A stretch of DNA of 64,000 bases from Malacoraja senta (Eukaryota): positions 124,001 to 188,000 of the forward strand of contig CM075991.1 in the NCBI GenBank assembly GCA_038087875.1. Reading direction: 5' to 3'. This document shows, piece after piece, positions 25,233-39,052 of this stretch. The notes below the pieces were generated by a model that worked only from the letters and a program-made list of their open reading frames with translations, did not search any database and was not told where the DNA came from. Position 1 is the first letter of the stretch. Each line of letters begins with the position of its first letter. The translations under genes were made by a program, and so were the position numbers.

Positions 25233-26961
25233 TTAAAAATACCTTAAACCTCCGTTATTTTCGCGGCGATTTCTGATGACGTCATCAGCACCGTGACAAG
25301 CAGCTCCGGTAAGTTTATACACTCGGTCCCAACTTCCCAATCGATTTTTAAAGCGAGAATTAGCAATTTTCGGGAACGGAGCTAAATGCTGTGCCTGTTC
25401 AGTTAAACATGACACCACCGGAAGTCGGCAATTCTGAATTTAGTGTTGTCCAATGAACCAGATATGATAAGCGAACTCGAGGTAAAGGAACCGCTTGGAG
25501 GTAGTAATCATAATATGATTAGTTTTAATCTGCAATTTGAGAAGGAAAACGTTAAATCGGAAGTGGCAGTGATACAGTCGAACAAAGGGGACTATGAAGA
25601 AATGAGAGGGGAGCTGGCCAAAGTAGACTGGAAAGGGATCCTAGCAGGAATGATGGTGGAACAGCAATGCCAGGAATTTCTGGGCATAATCCGGGAGACG
25701 CAGGATCATTTCATTCCAAAAAGGAAGAAAGATTCTAAGGGGAGTAGGAGGCAACCGTGGCTGACAAGAGAAATTAGGGATAGAATAAAACTAAAAGAAA
25801 AAATTATAACACAGCAAAGAGTAGCCGGAAGCCAGAGGATTGGGAAAGTTTCATAGGACAACAGAAGGAAACAAAACGGGCAATAAGGGCTGAAAAGATC
25901 AAGTACGAGGGGAAGCTGGCCAGGAATATAAAGAAGGACAGTAAAAGCTTCTTTAGATATGTTAAGGGAAAAAGAGTAGCAAAGTCAAATGTGGGTCCCT
26001 TGAAGGCAGACACGGGTGAAATTATTATGGGCAACAAGGAAATGGCAGAAGAGTTGAATAGGTACTTCGGATCTGTCTTCACTTAGGAAGACACAAACAA
26101 TCTCCCAGATGTACTGGAGGACAAAGGATCTAAGGGGGTAGAGGAACTGAAGGAAATTTTCATTAGGCGAGAAATAGTATTGGGTAGGCTAATGGGACTG
26201 AAGGATGATAATCCCCTGGGCCTGATGGTCTGCATCCCAGGGTCCTCAGGGAGGTGGCTCCAGAAATAGTGGACGCATTGGTGATCATTTTCCAATGTTC
26301 AATGGATTCAGGATCAGTTCCTGTGGATTGGAGGATAGCTAATGTTATCCCACTTTTCAAGAAAGGAGCGATAGAGAAAACGGGGAATTACAGACCATTT
26401 AGCCTGACTTCGGTGGTGGGAAAGATGCTGGAGTCACTTGTTAAAGAGGTAATAATGGGGCATTTGGATAGCAGTAAAAGGATTAGTCCAAGTCAACATT
26501 GATTTATGAAAGGGAAATCATGCTTGACTAATCTTCTGGAATTTTTTGAGGATGTGACAAGTAAAATGGATGAAGTGGTGCCAGTGGATGTAGTGTATCT
26601 AGACTTTCAGAAAGCCTTTGATAAGGTCCCACACGGGAGACTGGTGACTAAAATTAGAGCACACGGTATTGGGGGTAGGGTGTTGACATGGATAGAAAAT
26701 TGGTTGGCAAAGAGTAGGTGTGAATGGGTCCTTTTCAGAATGGCAGGCAGTGGCGAGTGGAGTGCCACAAGACTCAGTGTTGGGGCCGCAACTGTTTACC
26801 ATATATATATTAATGATTTGGAAGAGGGAATTAAGAACAACACTAGCAAGTTTGCGGATGACACAAAGCTGGGTGGCAGTGTGAACTGTGAAGAGGATGT
26901 TAGGAGGTTGCAGGGTGACCTGGACAGGTTGAGTGAGTGGGCAGATGCGCGGCAGATGCAG

Positions 26962-27030
26962 TTTGTTTGTTTGTTTAAATTGCCCCTCGGGGACAAATAA
27001 AGTGCTTGGTAATTGGTAATTGGTAATTGG
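26962..27030 (+). mobile_element. About 70-bp extreme 3' end of a Rex1/L2-like LINE inserted in CR1
   Basis: AATTGCCCCTCGGGGACAAATAAAG followed by (TTGGTAA)n; interrupts the CR1 string gatgcagt|ataatatag seen intact at 4364-4380. Confidence 0.55.
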
Positions 27031-28423
27031 TATAATATAGATAAATGTGAGTTAAACAACTTAGGTAAGGGGGAGGTACAGCGAGACCTGGGTTTCCTTG
27101 TACACCGGTCACTGAAAGTTGGCGTGCAGGTACAACAGGCAGTGAAGAAAGCTAATGGAATGCTGGCCTTCATAACAAGAGGATTTCAGTATTGGAGTAA
27201 AGAGGTTCTTCTGCAGTTGTATAGTGCTCTGGTGAGACCACATCTGGAGTATTGTGTACAGTTTTGGTCTCCTAATTTGAGGAAGGACATCCTTGTGATT
27301 GAGGCAGTGCAGCGTAGGTTCACGAGATTGATCCCTGGGATGGCGGGACAGTCATAGGAGGAGAGATTGAAAAGACTAGGCTTGTATTCACTGGAGTTTA
27401 GAAGGATGAGGGGGTATCTTATAGAAACATATAAAATGATAAAAGGACTGGACAAGCTAGATGCAGGAAACATGTTCGCAATGTTGGGCGAGACAAAACC
27501 AGGGGCCACAGTATTAAAATAAAGGGGAGGTCATTTAAAACTGAGGTGAGAAAAAACGTTTTCACCCAGAGAGTTGTGAATTTATGGAATTCCCTGCCAC
27601 AAAGGGCAGTGGAGGCCAAATCACTGAATGGATTTAAGAGAGAGTTAGATAGAGCTCTAGGGGCTAGTGGAGTCAAGGGATATGGGGAGAAGACAGGCGC
27701 GGGTTATTGATTGGGGACGATCAGCCATAATCACAATGAATGGCGGTGCCGGCTCGAAGGACCGAATGTGCTCCTCCTGCACTTATTTCTATGTTTCTAT
27801 GTTTCTATGTTTCCCATATCCCCTGACTCCGCTATCTTTAAGAGCCCTATCTAGCTCTCTCTTCAAAGTATCCAGAGAACCGGCCTCCGTCGCCCCCTGA
27901 GGCAGAGAATTCCACAGAATCACAACTATCTGTGTGAAAAAGTGTTTCCTCATCTCCGTTCCAAATGGCTGACCGCTTATTCTTAAATTGTGGCCCCTGT
28001 TTCTGGGGGCACAGTTTAAGAATAAGCGGTAAGCCTTTCCCAACATCGGGACCATGTTTCCTGCCTCTAGCGTGTCCAAACCCTTAATAATCTTATATAG
28101 TTCAATAAGATCCCCCCTCACCCTTTTAAATTCCAGAGTATACAAGCCCAGCCGCTCCATTCTCCATTCCATATGACAGTTCCGCCATCCGGGAAATTAA
28201 CCTTGTGAACCTACGCTGCACTCCCCTTGCACCGAGCCTTGCGGTACCACACTAGACACTGCCTGCCATCTGAAAGGGACCCGATAATCCCTATTAAATG
28301 TTTCCTGTCCGCCAGCCAATTTTCTATCCATGTCAGCACTCTATTGGGTCAATAGGCCCAATACCATGTGTCCTAATTTTGCACTCTTCCCCCAATACCA
28401 TGTGCCCTAATCTCCTATGTGTG

Positions 28424-31180
28424 ACCATATAACCATATAACCATATAACCATATAACCATTACAGCACGGAAACAGGCCATCAAGTCCGTGCCGAACTTT
28501 TTTTAATTTATTTTTTATTTTTTAATAAATACTTCCCCCTAGTCCCATCTACCTGCACTCAGACCATAACCCTCCATTCCTTTCCCGTCCATATACCCAT
28601 CCAATCTATTTTTAAAGGATAAAATCGAACCAGCCTCCACCACTTCCACTGGAAGCTCATTCCACACAGCTACCACTCTCTGAGTAAAGAAGTTCCCCCT
28701 AATGTTACCCCTAAACTTCTGTCCTTTAATTCTCAAGTCATGTCCCCTTGTTTGAATCTTCCCTACTCTCAATGGAAAAAGCTTATCCACGTCAACTCTG
28801 TCTAACCCGCTCATAATTTTAAAGACCTCTATCAAGTCCCCTCTTAACCTTCTGCGCTCCAAAGAATAAAGACCTAACTTGTTCAACCTCGACAAAAACC
28901 TGGACAAAAACCTGGACCACTGCAGTTTGCTTACCGCCACAACAGATCAACGGTGGATGCGATCTCGCTGGCCCTCCGCTCCGCTCTGGACCACTTGGAC
29001 AACAAAAACTCATATGTCAAGCTGTTATTCATCGATTACAGCTCGGCATTTAACACAATCATCCCCTCCAAGCTGGTTACCAAACTCGTAGAACTGGGTC
29101 TCTGCGCATCCTTCTGCAATTGGATCCTCGACTTCCTCACTCTCAGACCACAGTCTGTTCGTATTGGTGGAAATGTGTCAGACTCGATAACAATTAGCAC
29201 GGGAGCACCTCAAGGCTGCGTGCTCAGCCCCCTGCTGTACTCACTCTATACTCATGACTGCGTAGCCGGACATAGTGCGAAACTCCATCATCAAGTTCGC
29301 TGATGACACCACTGTTGTGGGACGTATCACTGATGGTGATGAGTCAGAGTATAGAAGAGAGATCGAGCAACTGTCCATATGGTACCAGCACAACAACCTG
29401 GCCCTCAACACCAGCAAAACCAAGGAACTGATTGTGGACTTTGGAAGGAGTAGGATGGGGACCCACAGTCCCGTTTATATCAACGGGTCGATGGTTGAGA
29501 GGGTCAAGAGCTTCAAATTCGTGGGCGTGCACATCTCTGAAGATCTTTCCTGGTCCGAGAACAATGATGCCATTATTAAGAAAGCACGTCAGCGCCTCTA
29601 CTTCCTGAGAAGATTACGGAGAGTCGGTTTGTCAAGGAGGACTCTCTCTCTAACTTCTACAGGTGCACAGTAGAGAGCATGCTGACCGGTTGCATCGTGG
29701 CTTGGTTCGGCAACTTGAGTGCCCTGGAGAGGAAAAGACTACAAAAAGTAGTAAACACTGCCCAGTCCATCATCGGCTCTGACCTCCCTTCCATCGAGGG
29801 GATCTACCACAGTCGCTGCCTCCAAAAGGCTGGCAGCATCATCAAGGACCCACACCATCCTGGCCACACACTCATCTCCCTACTACCTTCAGGTAGAAGG
29901 TACAGGAGCCTGAAGACTGCAACGACCAGGTTCAGGAACAGCTACTTCCCCACAGCCATCAGGCTATTAAACCTGGCTCGGACATAACACTGAACTTTAC
30001 TAGCCAATACTGTTATTTGCACTTTATCAGTATATTGACTATTGTGTATATATTTATAGAATGCCTTGTAGTAAATGCCTACTATGTTCTGTTATGCTCA
30101 AGCAAAGCAAGAATTTCATTGTCCTACCAGGGACACATGACAATAAATTCACTTGACTTGTAACTTAGTTGCTGAAACCCAGGCAACATTCTAGTAAATC
30201 TCCTCTGTACTCTCTCTATTTTGGTGACATCCTTCCTATAATTAGGCGACCAAAATTGTACTCCATACTCCAGAATTGGCCTCACCAATGCCTTGTACAA
30301 TTTTAACATTACATCCCAACTTCTATATTCAATGCTCTGATTTATAAAGGCCAGCACCCCAAAAGCTTTCTTTACCACCCTATGTCCATGAGATTCCACC
30401 TTCAGGGAACTATGCACAGTTATTCCTAGATCCCTCTGTTCAACTGCATTCTCTACCATTTACCATGTACGTCCTATTTTGATTTGTCCTGCCGAGATGT
30501 AGTACCTCACATTTATCAGCATTAAACTCCATCTGCCATCTTTCAGCCCACTCTTCCAAATGGCCTAAATCTCTCTGTAGACTTTGAAAATCGACTTCAT
30601 TATCCACCACACCACCTATCTTAGTATCATCTGCATACTTACTAATCCAATTTTCCACACCATCATCCAGATCATTGATGTACATGACAAACAACAGTGG
30701 ACCCAACACAGACCCCTGAGGCACCCCACTAGTCACCGGCCTCCAACCTGACAAACAGCCATCCACCATTACTCTCTGGCATCTCCCATTCAGCCACTGT
30801 TGAATCCATCTTGCTACTCCACCATTAATACCCAACAATTGAATCTTCTTAACCAACCTTCCATGAGGAACCTTGTCAAAGGCCTTACTGAAGTCCATAT
30901 AGACAACATCCACTGCTTTACACTCATCAATTTGCCTAGTAACCTCGTCGAAAAATTCTAGAAGATTAGTCAAACATGACCTTCCAGGCACAAATCCATG
31001 TTGACTGTTCCTAATCAGACCCTGCTTATCCAGATGCTTATATATATTATCTTTAAGTATCCTTTCCATTAATTTGCCCACCACTGACGTCAAACTAACA
31101 GGTCTATAATTGCTAGGTTTACTCTTAGAACCCTTTTTGAACAACGGAACAACATGCGCAGTACGCCAATGCTCCGGATT
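28424..31180 (-). mobile_element. CR1 3' half, split by Rex1
   Basis: (ACCATATA)n tail at 28425-28458; ORFs 28539-28940, 30124-30459 and 30440-31144 (YADD). Confidence 0.88.
28890..30160 (+). mobile_element. Rex1/Babar-clade LINE, 5'-truncated
   Basis: [66 protein letters not shown]; ends CAATAAA..(CTTGA)n. Confidence 0.85.
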
Positions 31181-32331
31181 AAATCAAATGCTTATCAAAT
31201 GCTTTCTGAAAGTCCAGGTAAACTACATCCACTGGGTCTCCCTTGTCCATTTTCCTAGTTACATCCTCAAAAGATTCCAGAAGATTAGTCAAGCTTGGTT
31301 TCCCCTTCATAAATCTATGCTAACTCGCACCGATCCTGTTACTGGTATCCAAATGTGCCGCTATTGACTCCAGCATCTTCCCCACCACCGATGTCAGGCG
31401 AATTGGTCTATAATTCCATGTTTTCTCTCTCCCGCCTTTCTTAAAATGTGGGATAACCGTAGCTACCCTTCAATCCACAGGAACTGACTGTGAATATATC
31501 GAACATTGGAAAATGATCACCAATGCATCCACGATTTCTAGAGCCACTTCCTGACGTACCCTGGGATGCAGACCATCAGGCCCTGGGGATTTATCGGCCT
31601 TCGGTCCCATCAATCTACGCAACACCATTTCCTGCCTAATGTGGATTTCCTTCACTGCCTCCGTCACCCCAGATCCTCTAGCCACGAGTACATCAGGAAG
31701 ATTGTTTATGTCCTCCTCAGTGAAAACGGATCGAAAGTACCTGTTCAACACATCTGTCATTTCCTTGTTCCCCATAATACATTCACCTTTCTCAGTCTTC
31801 AAGGGTCCAACTTTGGTCTTAACTATTGTTTTCCTCTTCACATACCTAAAGAAGCTTTTACTATCCTCCTTTATATTATTGGCTAGCATAGACGATAGAC
31901 GATAGACAATAGACAATAGACAATAGACAATAGACAATAGTCAATAGGTGCAGGAATAGGCCATTCGGCCCTTCGAGCTAGCACCGCCATTCAATGTGAT
32001 CATGGCTGATCATCCCCAATCAGTACCCCATTCCTGCCTTCTCCCCATATCCCATGACTCCGCTATCTTTAAGAGCCCTATCTAGCTCTCTACCTCATAC
32101 CTTGCCTTCATACCTAACCTTATCTCCCCGTATTGCCTTTTTAGTTACCTTCCATTGCTCTTTAATCGTTACCCAATCCTCTGGCTTCCCACATATCTTT
32201 GCTATGTTGTACATCTTTGCTTTAATTTTTATACTGTCCCTGACTTTCCTTGTCAGACACGGTCGCCCCTTACTCCACTTGGAATCTTTCTCCCTCTTTG
32301 GAATGAACTGATCCTGCACCTTCTGTATTAT

Positions 32332-32757
32332 GCCCAGGAGCCATTACAGAGGGAGGAGCGCCGTCCGGGCGGTAGGTTCGAAAACCCATCGCGGGGCTTG
32401 TTTCAGCAGAGGCCCAGGAGCCGTTACAGAGAGAGGAGCGACGTCCGGGAGGTAGGTTCAAAAACCCATCGCGGGGCTTGTTTCAGCAGAGGCCCAGGAG
32501 CCGTTACAGAGAGAGGAGCGACGTCCGGGCGGTAGGTTCAAAAACCCATCGCGGGGCTTGTTTCAGCAGAGGCCCAGGAGCCGTTACAGAGAGAGGAGCG
32601 ACGTCCGGGAGGTAGGTTCAAAAACCCATCGCGGGGCTTGTTTCAGCAGAGGCCCAGGAGCCGTTACAGAGGGAGGAGCGACGTCCGGGCGGTAGGTTTA
32701 ACACCCCATCGCGGGGCTTGTTTCAGCAGAGGCCCAGGAGCCGTTACAGAGGGAGGA
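32332..32757 (+). repeat. 80-bp GC-rich tandem array (about 5.3 copies) at the 5' end of a CR1
   Basis: GCCCAGGAGCC recurs at 32332, 32412, 32492, 32572, 32652 and 32732. Confidence 0.95.
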
Positions 32758-35700
32758 ACCAAACCATGCAATGTTCCATCCGCAGTTCACACTTCAAATT
32801 AAGTGGGCTTTAGGAAGCCACTGATTGGTGGAAACAGACTAGGGGAAGCCGCTGATTGGCTTGTACCTAGGGTAAGGCTTTGTATATTATCCTAGGTACA
32901 GAAAGGGAGAATGAGGGCCAGGGCAGTTTACTGTTCTGGATGTCAGATGTGGGAGGTCATGGAGTCTGATACCCCTCCAGACGTCCACATCTGCGCCAGG
33001 TGTGTCCAGATGGGGCTCCTAAGGGACCGTGTTAGGAACCTGGAGCAGCAGCTCGATGACCTCTGTCTGATCAGGGAGAGTGAGGAGGTTATAGAAAGGA
33101 GTTATAGGGAGGTGGTCACTCCAAGACCACGGGAGGCAGACAAGTGGGTCACTGTTGGGAAGGGCAAGGGGCAGAGGCAAGGACTAGTGAGTACCCCGGT
33201 GGCTGTACACCTTGAAAATAAGTACTCATGTTTGAGTACGGTTGGGGGGGACAGCCTACCTGGGGGTAGCGACAGCGGCCAGGCCTCCGGCACAGAGACC
33301 AGCCCAGTTGCTCAGAAGGGCAGGGAAAAGAAGAGGAGGGCACTAGTAATAGTGGACTCTATAGTTAGGGGGACGGATAGGCGATTCTGTGGATGCAGTC
33401 AGGAGACCCGGATGGTAGTTTGCCTCCCTGGTGCCAGGGTCAGGGATGTGTCTGAACACGTCCAAGATATCCTGAAATCGGAGGGAGAGGAGCCTCAGGT
33501 CGTGGTACATATAGGTACCAATGATATAGGTAGAAGGAGAGAAGAGGTCCTGAAAGGAGATTTTAGCGAGATGGGAGGAAAGTTAAGGAGAAGGACAAAA
33601 AAAAAACAATCTCAGGAGTACTGCCTGTGCCACGAGAGTGAGAGTAGGAATGGAATTAGGTGGAGGATAAATGCGTGGCTGAAGGACTGGTGCAGTGGGC
33701 AGGGATTCAAGTTTCTGGATCATTGGGACCTCTTTTGGGGAAGGTGTGACCTGTACAAAAAGGACAGGTTGCACTTGAACCCGAGGGGGACCAATATCCT
33801 GGTGGGGAGATTTGCAAAGACAACTGGGGAGACTTTAAACTAAAATGGTTGGGGGGAGGGACTCAAATAGAGAAAGCTAGTAGTCAGGGTGTGAGGCAGG
33901 AGGCAGAGAAGGGAAGCACTCGGACCCAAAATGTGGGGGAGAAAGAAGAAAAAGATAATAAACAGAGATAAACATAATTTCAATATAATTATGGAGAGGG
34001 TAATTATGGGTTTCTTAAATGTGTATATTTAAATGCTAGGAGCATTATAAGAAAGGTGGATGAGCTTAAAGCCTGGATTGACACCTGGAAGTATGATGTT
34101 GTGGCGATCAGTGAAACATGGTTGCAGGAGGGCTGTGAGTGGAAACTAAATATTCCAGGATTTCGTTGCTTTAGGTGTGATAGTGTTGGAGGGGAAAGAG
34201 GTGGGGGTGTTGCATTGCTTGTCAAGGAAGATATTACAACAGTGCTTTGGCAGGATAGATTAGAGGGCTCTTCTAGGGAGGCTATTTGAGTGGAACTGAG
34301 AAATGGTAAAGGGGTTGCAACACTTATAGGGGTGTATTATAGACCGCCTAATGGAGAGCGAGAATTGGAAGAGCAAATATGTAAGGAGATAGCAGATATT
34401 AGTAGTAAGCACAAGGTAGTGATTGTGTGAGATTTCAATTTTCCACACATAGACTGGGAAACACATTCTGTAAAAGGGCTGGATGGTTTGGAGTTTGTAA
34501 AATGTGTGCAAGATAGTTTTTTGCAGCAAAACATAGAGGTACCTACAAGAGAAGGGGCAGTGCTGGACCTCCTGTTAGGAAATGAGACAGGGCAGGTGGC
34601 GGAGGTATGCGTTGGGGAGCACTTTGGGCCCAGTGATCACAATACCATTAATTTCAATATAATTATGGAGAGGGTAACTTTGAGGAGATGCGAAAGGATT
34701 TAAAAGGAGTGAATTGGGACATGTTGTTTTATGGGTAGGATGTAGAAGAGAAATGAAGGACATTTAAAGGTGACATTTTAAGAGTACAGAATCTTTATGT
34801 CCCTGTTCGGTTGAAAGGAAATAGTAAAAATTGGAAAGAGCCAAGGTTTTCAAGGGAAATTGGACACGGTTCGGAAAAAGAGAGAGATCTACAATAATTA
34901 TAGGCGGCATGGAGTAAATGAGGTGCTGCAGGAGTATAAAGAATGTAAAAAGAATCTTAAGAAAGAAATTAGAAAAGCTAAAAGAAGATATGAGGTTGCT
35001 TTGGTAAGTAAGGTGAAAGTAAACCCAAAGGGTTTCTACAGCTATATTAATAGCAAAAGGATAACAAGGAATAAAATTGGTCCATTAGAGAGTCAGGGTG
35101 GACAGCTATCTGCAGAGCCAAAAGAGATGGGGGAGATATTGAACAATTTATTTTCTTCGGTATTCACCAAGGAGAAGGATATTGAATTATGTGAGGTAAG
35201 TGAAACGAGCAGAGCAGCAATGGAAACTATGAGATTGAAAGAAGAGGAAGTGTGGACACTTTTGAATAATATGAAAACGGATAAGACTCCAGGTCCTCTC
35301 AGGATATTCCCTAGGACATTGAGGGAAGTTAGTGTAGAAATAGCAGGGGCTATGACAGAAATATTTCAAATGTCATTAGAAACGGGAATAGTGCCGGAGG
35401 ATTGGCGTACTGCGCATGTTGTTCCATTGTTTAAAAAGGGTTCTAAGAGTAAACCTAGCAATTATAGACCTGTTAGTTTGACGTCAGTGGTGGGGAAATT
35501 AATGGAAAGGATACTTAGGGATAATATATATAAGCATCTGGATAAACAGGGTCTGATTAAGAACAGTCAACATGGATTTGTGCCTGGAAGGTCATGTTTG
35601 ACTAATCTTCTTGAAATTTTCGAAGAGGTTACTAGGGAAATAGATGAGGGTAAAGCAGTGGATGTTGTCTATATGGACTTCAGTAAGGCCTTTGACAAGG

Positions 35701-36856
35701 TTCCTCATGGAAGGTTGGTTAAGAAGATTCAATTGTTGGGTATTAATGGTGGAGTAGCAAGATGGATTCAACAGTGGCTGAATGGGAGATGCCAGAGAGT
35801 AATGGTGGATGGCTGTTTGTCGGGTTGGAGGCCGGTGAGTAGTGGGGTACCTCGGGGGTCTGTGTTGGGTCCACTGCTGCTTGTCATGTACATCAATGAT
35901 CTGGATGATGGTGTGGAAAATTGGATTAGTAAGTATGCAGATGATACTAAGATAGGTGGTGTTGTGGATAATGAAGTAGATTTTCAAAGTCTACAGAGAG
36001 ATTTAGGCCATTTGGAAGAGTGGGCTGAAAGATGGCAGATGGAGTTTAATGCTGATAAATGTGAGGTGCTACATCTTGGCAGGACAAATCAAAATAGGAC
36101 GTACATGGTAAATGGTAGCGAATTGAGGAATGCAGTTGAACAGAGGGATCTAGGAATAACTGTGCATAGTTCCCTGAAGGTGGAATCTCATGTAGATAGG
36201 GTGGTAAAGAAAGCTTTTGGTGTGCTGGCCTTTATAAATCAGAGCATTGAATATAGAAGTTGGGATGTAATGTTAAAATTGTACAAGGCATTGGTGAGGC
36301 CAATTCTGGAGTATGGAGTACAATTTTGGTCGCCTAATTATAGGAAGGATGTCAACAAAATAGAGAGAGTACACAGGAGATTTATGAGAATGTTGCCTGG
36401 GTTTCAGCAACTAAATACAGAGAAAGGCTGAACAGGTTAGGTCTTTATTCTTTGGAGCGCAGAAGGTTAAGTGGGGACTTGATAGAGGTCTTTAAAATGA
36501 TGAGAGGGATAGACAGAGTTGACGTGGATAAGCTTTTCCCATTAAGAGTAGGGAAGATTCAAACAAGAGGACATGACTTGAGAATTAAGGGACAGAAGTT
36601 TAGGGGTAACATTAGGGGGAACTTCTTTACTCGGAGAGTGGTAGCTGTGTGGAATGAGCTTCCAGTGGAAGTGGTGGAGGCAGGTTCGATTTTATCATTT
36701 AAAAATAGATTGGATGGGTCTATGGACGAGGAAGGAATGGAGAGTTATGGTCTGTGTGCAGGTAGATGGGACTAGGGGAGAAAAAGTGTTCGGCATGGAC
36801 TTGAAGGGCCGAGATGACCTGTTTTCATGCTGTAATTGTTATATGGTTATATGGTT
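32338..36856 (+). mobile_element. Full-length CR1 (monomer 5' end, ORF1 32911-33843, disrupted ORF2 to 36775, (GTTATATG)n tail)
   Basis: ORF1 CSGC..CARC, VDS, GTND, DRLH; ORF2 EN at 34015-34700 and RT ORF 34860-36431 with YADD; the host CR1 resumes directly after 36856. Confidence 0.92.
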
Positions 36857-39052
36857 AGTCTCAGAAATATCTGACATTGTTTTTCCACTATCATCCCTGC
36901 TTGGGTGTTGTTCCAGTCAACTTTGGCCAGCTCCTCCCTCATGGCTCCTAGTGTCCAATTTGTTCAACTGTAATACTGACACCTCCGATTTTCCCTTCTC
37001 CCTCTCAAATTTTAGATTAAAACTTACCATGTTATGGTCACTAACTCCTAATGGCTCCTTAATCTCAAGTTCCCTCATCAAATCCGATACATTACATAAC
37101 AGAATTGCCTTCTCCCTGGTAGGTTCCAGTAAAAGCTCCTCTAAGAATCCATCCCTGAGGCACTCCACAAACTGCCTTTCTTGGGGTCCAGTACTAACCT
37201 GATTTTCCCAGTCTACCTGCATGTTGAAACCTCCCATAACAACCGTAGCATTACCTTTACGACATGCCAATTTTAACTGTTGATCCGGGCTACTGTTTGG
37301 GGTCCTGTAGATAAGTCCCATGAGGGTATTTCACCCTTACAATTCCTTAGTTCTATTCATACTGACTCCACATCTTCTGTTTCAATGTCTCCCCGAGCAA
37401 GGGACTGAATTGTATTCCTCACCAACAGAGCTACACCACCCCCTCTCCCAACCTGTCTGTCTTTTCGATAGGATGTATACACTTGAATATTCAGTTTTCA
37501 GCCCTGGCCCTCTTGCAGCCATGTCTCTGTAATTCCCATAACATCATACTTGCCAATTTCCAACTGCGCCTCAAGCTCGTCCACTTTATTTTTTATACTT
37601 TGCGCATTCATGTACAACACTTTGCCTTCGGTATTCACCTCCCCTCTCACAGAGGGGATGAGCTCTTATTTGAGAAAAGAAACTCCTCAAAGGGAAACAG
37701 CAACTAAATTAAATCAACAGCCACCAGAGGAAGACTGGTCTCGCCATTCAAAGCTAGCACTGAGTAAGTGGATGGTCGATAAAGCTCCATTTCAACTACA
37801 GGTCGTTAAACCGAACCAAATAACCTTTGAACCATCTGTTAAGGCTCGAGCCAAGACCCACATAATTCAGCACTTCTCTGAGGCCTGATATACAGACTCA
37901 TACGAGTAGGGATGCACAGAGGACTGGTAACACTACTCCCTCTGTGTCGAATGAGGAATTTCAACGTGAGGAGTTTCAACTTGATGAAGAATCTAAATGA
38001 AATAACTGAGCTTTTAGCTCAACAAAATCTATGCCCATCTATCTTACCTCCAAGAGAAATTCCTATTTTTGTCGGCGATCTTTTGCAGGATGAAGCTTTC
38101 TTAATTGCATTTGAGGAAAGAGTGGAAAGGAAAACTACTAAAGAGTGACATCGCTTACACTTTCTGGAGAAATACACAAGCGGATATTCAAAGCAGCTTG
38201 TTCACAGTTGCCAACATTTTTCTTCAGCCGAGGGCTATCAAAGAACAAGAAATTTGCTTAAAGAAAATGTTGGTAACAAACAGAAGATTCCTAATGTATA
38301 CATGACGAAGGCCTTCGCTTGGTCAGTTATAAAGGCAGAAGATGGGAAGGCATTGCATGAGTTTGCGATATTTCTTGGAGGTTCTTGTAACTCGATGGAA
38401 ATGAATGTTGCTATTAACATCAAGACTATCATTCTAAAATTGCCCTATCTGCTTAGAATGAAGTGGAGGGAAAGAGCAGGTCAGATACGGGAAAGCGATA
38501 GACGTGGAACCAAGTTTCCTGACCTGGTGCATATCATGGAAAGGGAAGTATGGATAATGTCATGTCCGCTTCATGGAAGCATTCAGGATCCTAAACCAAC
38601 TTCAACTGTCAAAGGTTCTACTTTTGCTAAACAAGAGGAAGATCAGGACCAAAAGAAAGCAGATTTGCTACTGCTGTAATACCTGTAGTAACAGCAGTGA
38701 AAGGAATTTCAACAACAGGTAGAATTAAAATAGATGCATCTACCATTAACTCTCAAGGCTATTGTTTGTTCTGTGATAAAACCAACCACACCATAAGGTG
38801 GTGTCGAATGATCAAGCTGAAGGGATATAAAGAAAAGGTGCACTACTTAAAGGAGAAGGGAATCTGCTTTGGATGTTTGAAGAAAGGACATAAGAGTCCT
38901 TAAGAGTCCATAAGAAAAGACAGCAAGTGTTGTATGACTTGTGATACGTCCAAACAAAATGATCCTGAATTACTTTACTCTGAACAGAAGAATACAGAGA
39001 AGAAGCCGGAGCACACAGAACAGAAGGAGAAGCTAATTGCGAATGATGCTGT

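Larger units (their letters stand above)
12167..25427 (-). mobile_element. Full-length L1-clade element B (25427-18615 plus 3' UTR end 12380-12167)
   Basis: 5' end GACTTCCGGTGG at 25427; ORF1 24189-25232; fragmented ORF2 22532-18759; AATAAA and A-rich tail near 12167-12190. Confidence 0.9.
10222..27811 (+). mobile_element. Near full-length CR1 (10222-12165 and 25428-27811) interrupted by nested L1s
   Basis: ORF1 and endonuclease run up to EPTR at 12165; ORF2 resumes at 25428 (AIL.LVLSNEP) and runs through RT to a (TTTCTATG)n tail at 27786-27811. Confidence 0.9.
27812..37652 (-). mobile_element. Older minus-strand CR1 fragmented by later insertions (27812-28425, 31191-31887, 32091-32337, 36857-37652)
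   Basis: The pieces rejoin colinearly when compared with the plus-strand CR1 at 25430-27800 (e.g. tatgcccag at 32337 continues as cagaaat at about 36861). Confidence 0.7.

Noticed and set aside
32332..32757. Regular repeats resembling a CRISPR array (also 43504-43884 and 61459-61735)
   Set aside because: Units are head-to-tail with no unique spacers, there are no cas genes, and the context is eukaryotic.
36654..37202. 182-aa ORF and the many antisense ORFs over LINEs
   Set aside because: Alternative-frame or antisense shadows across element junctions.
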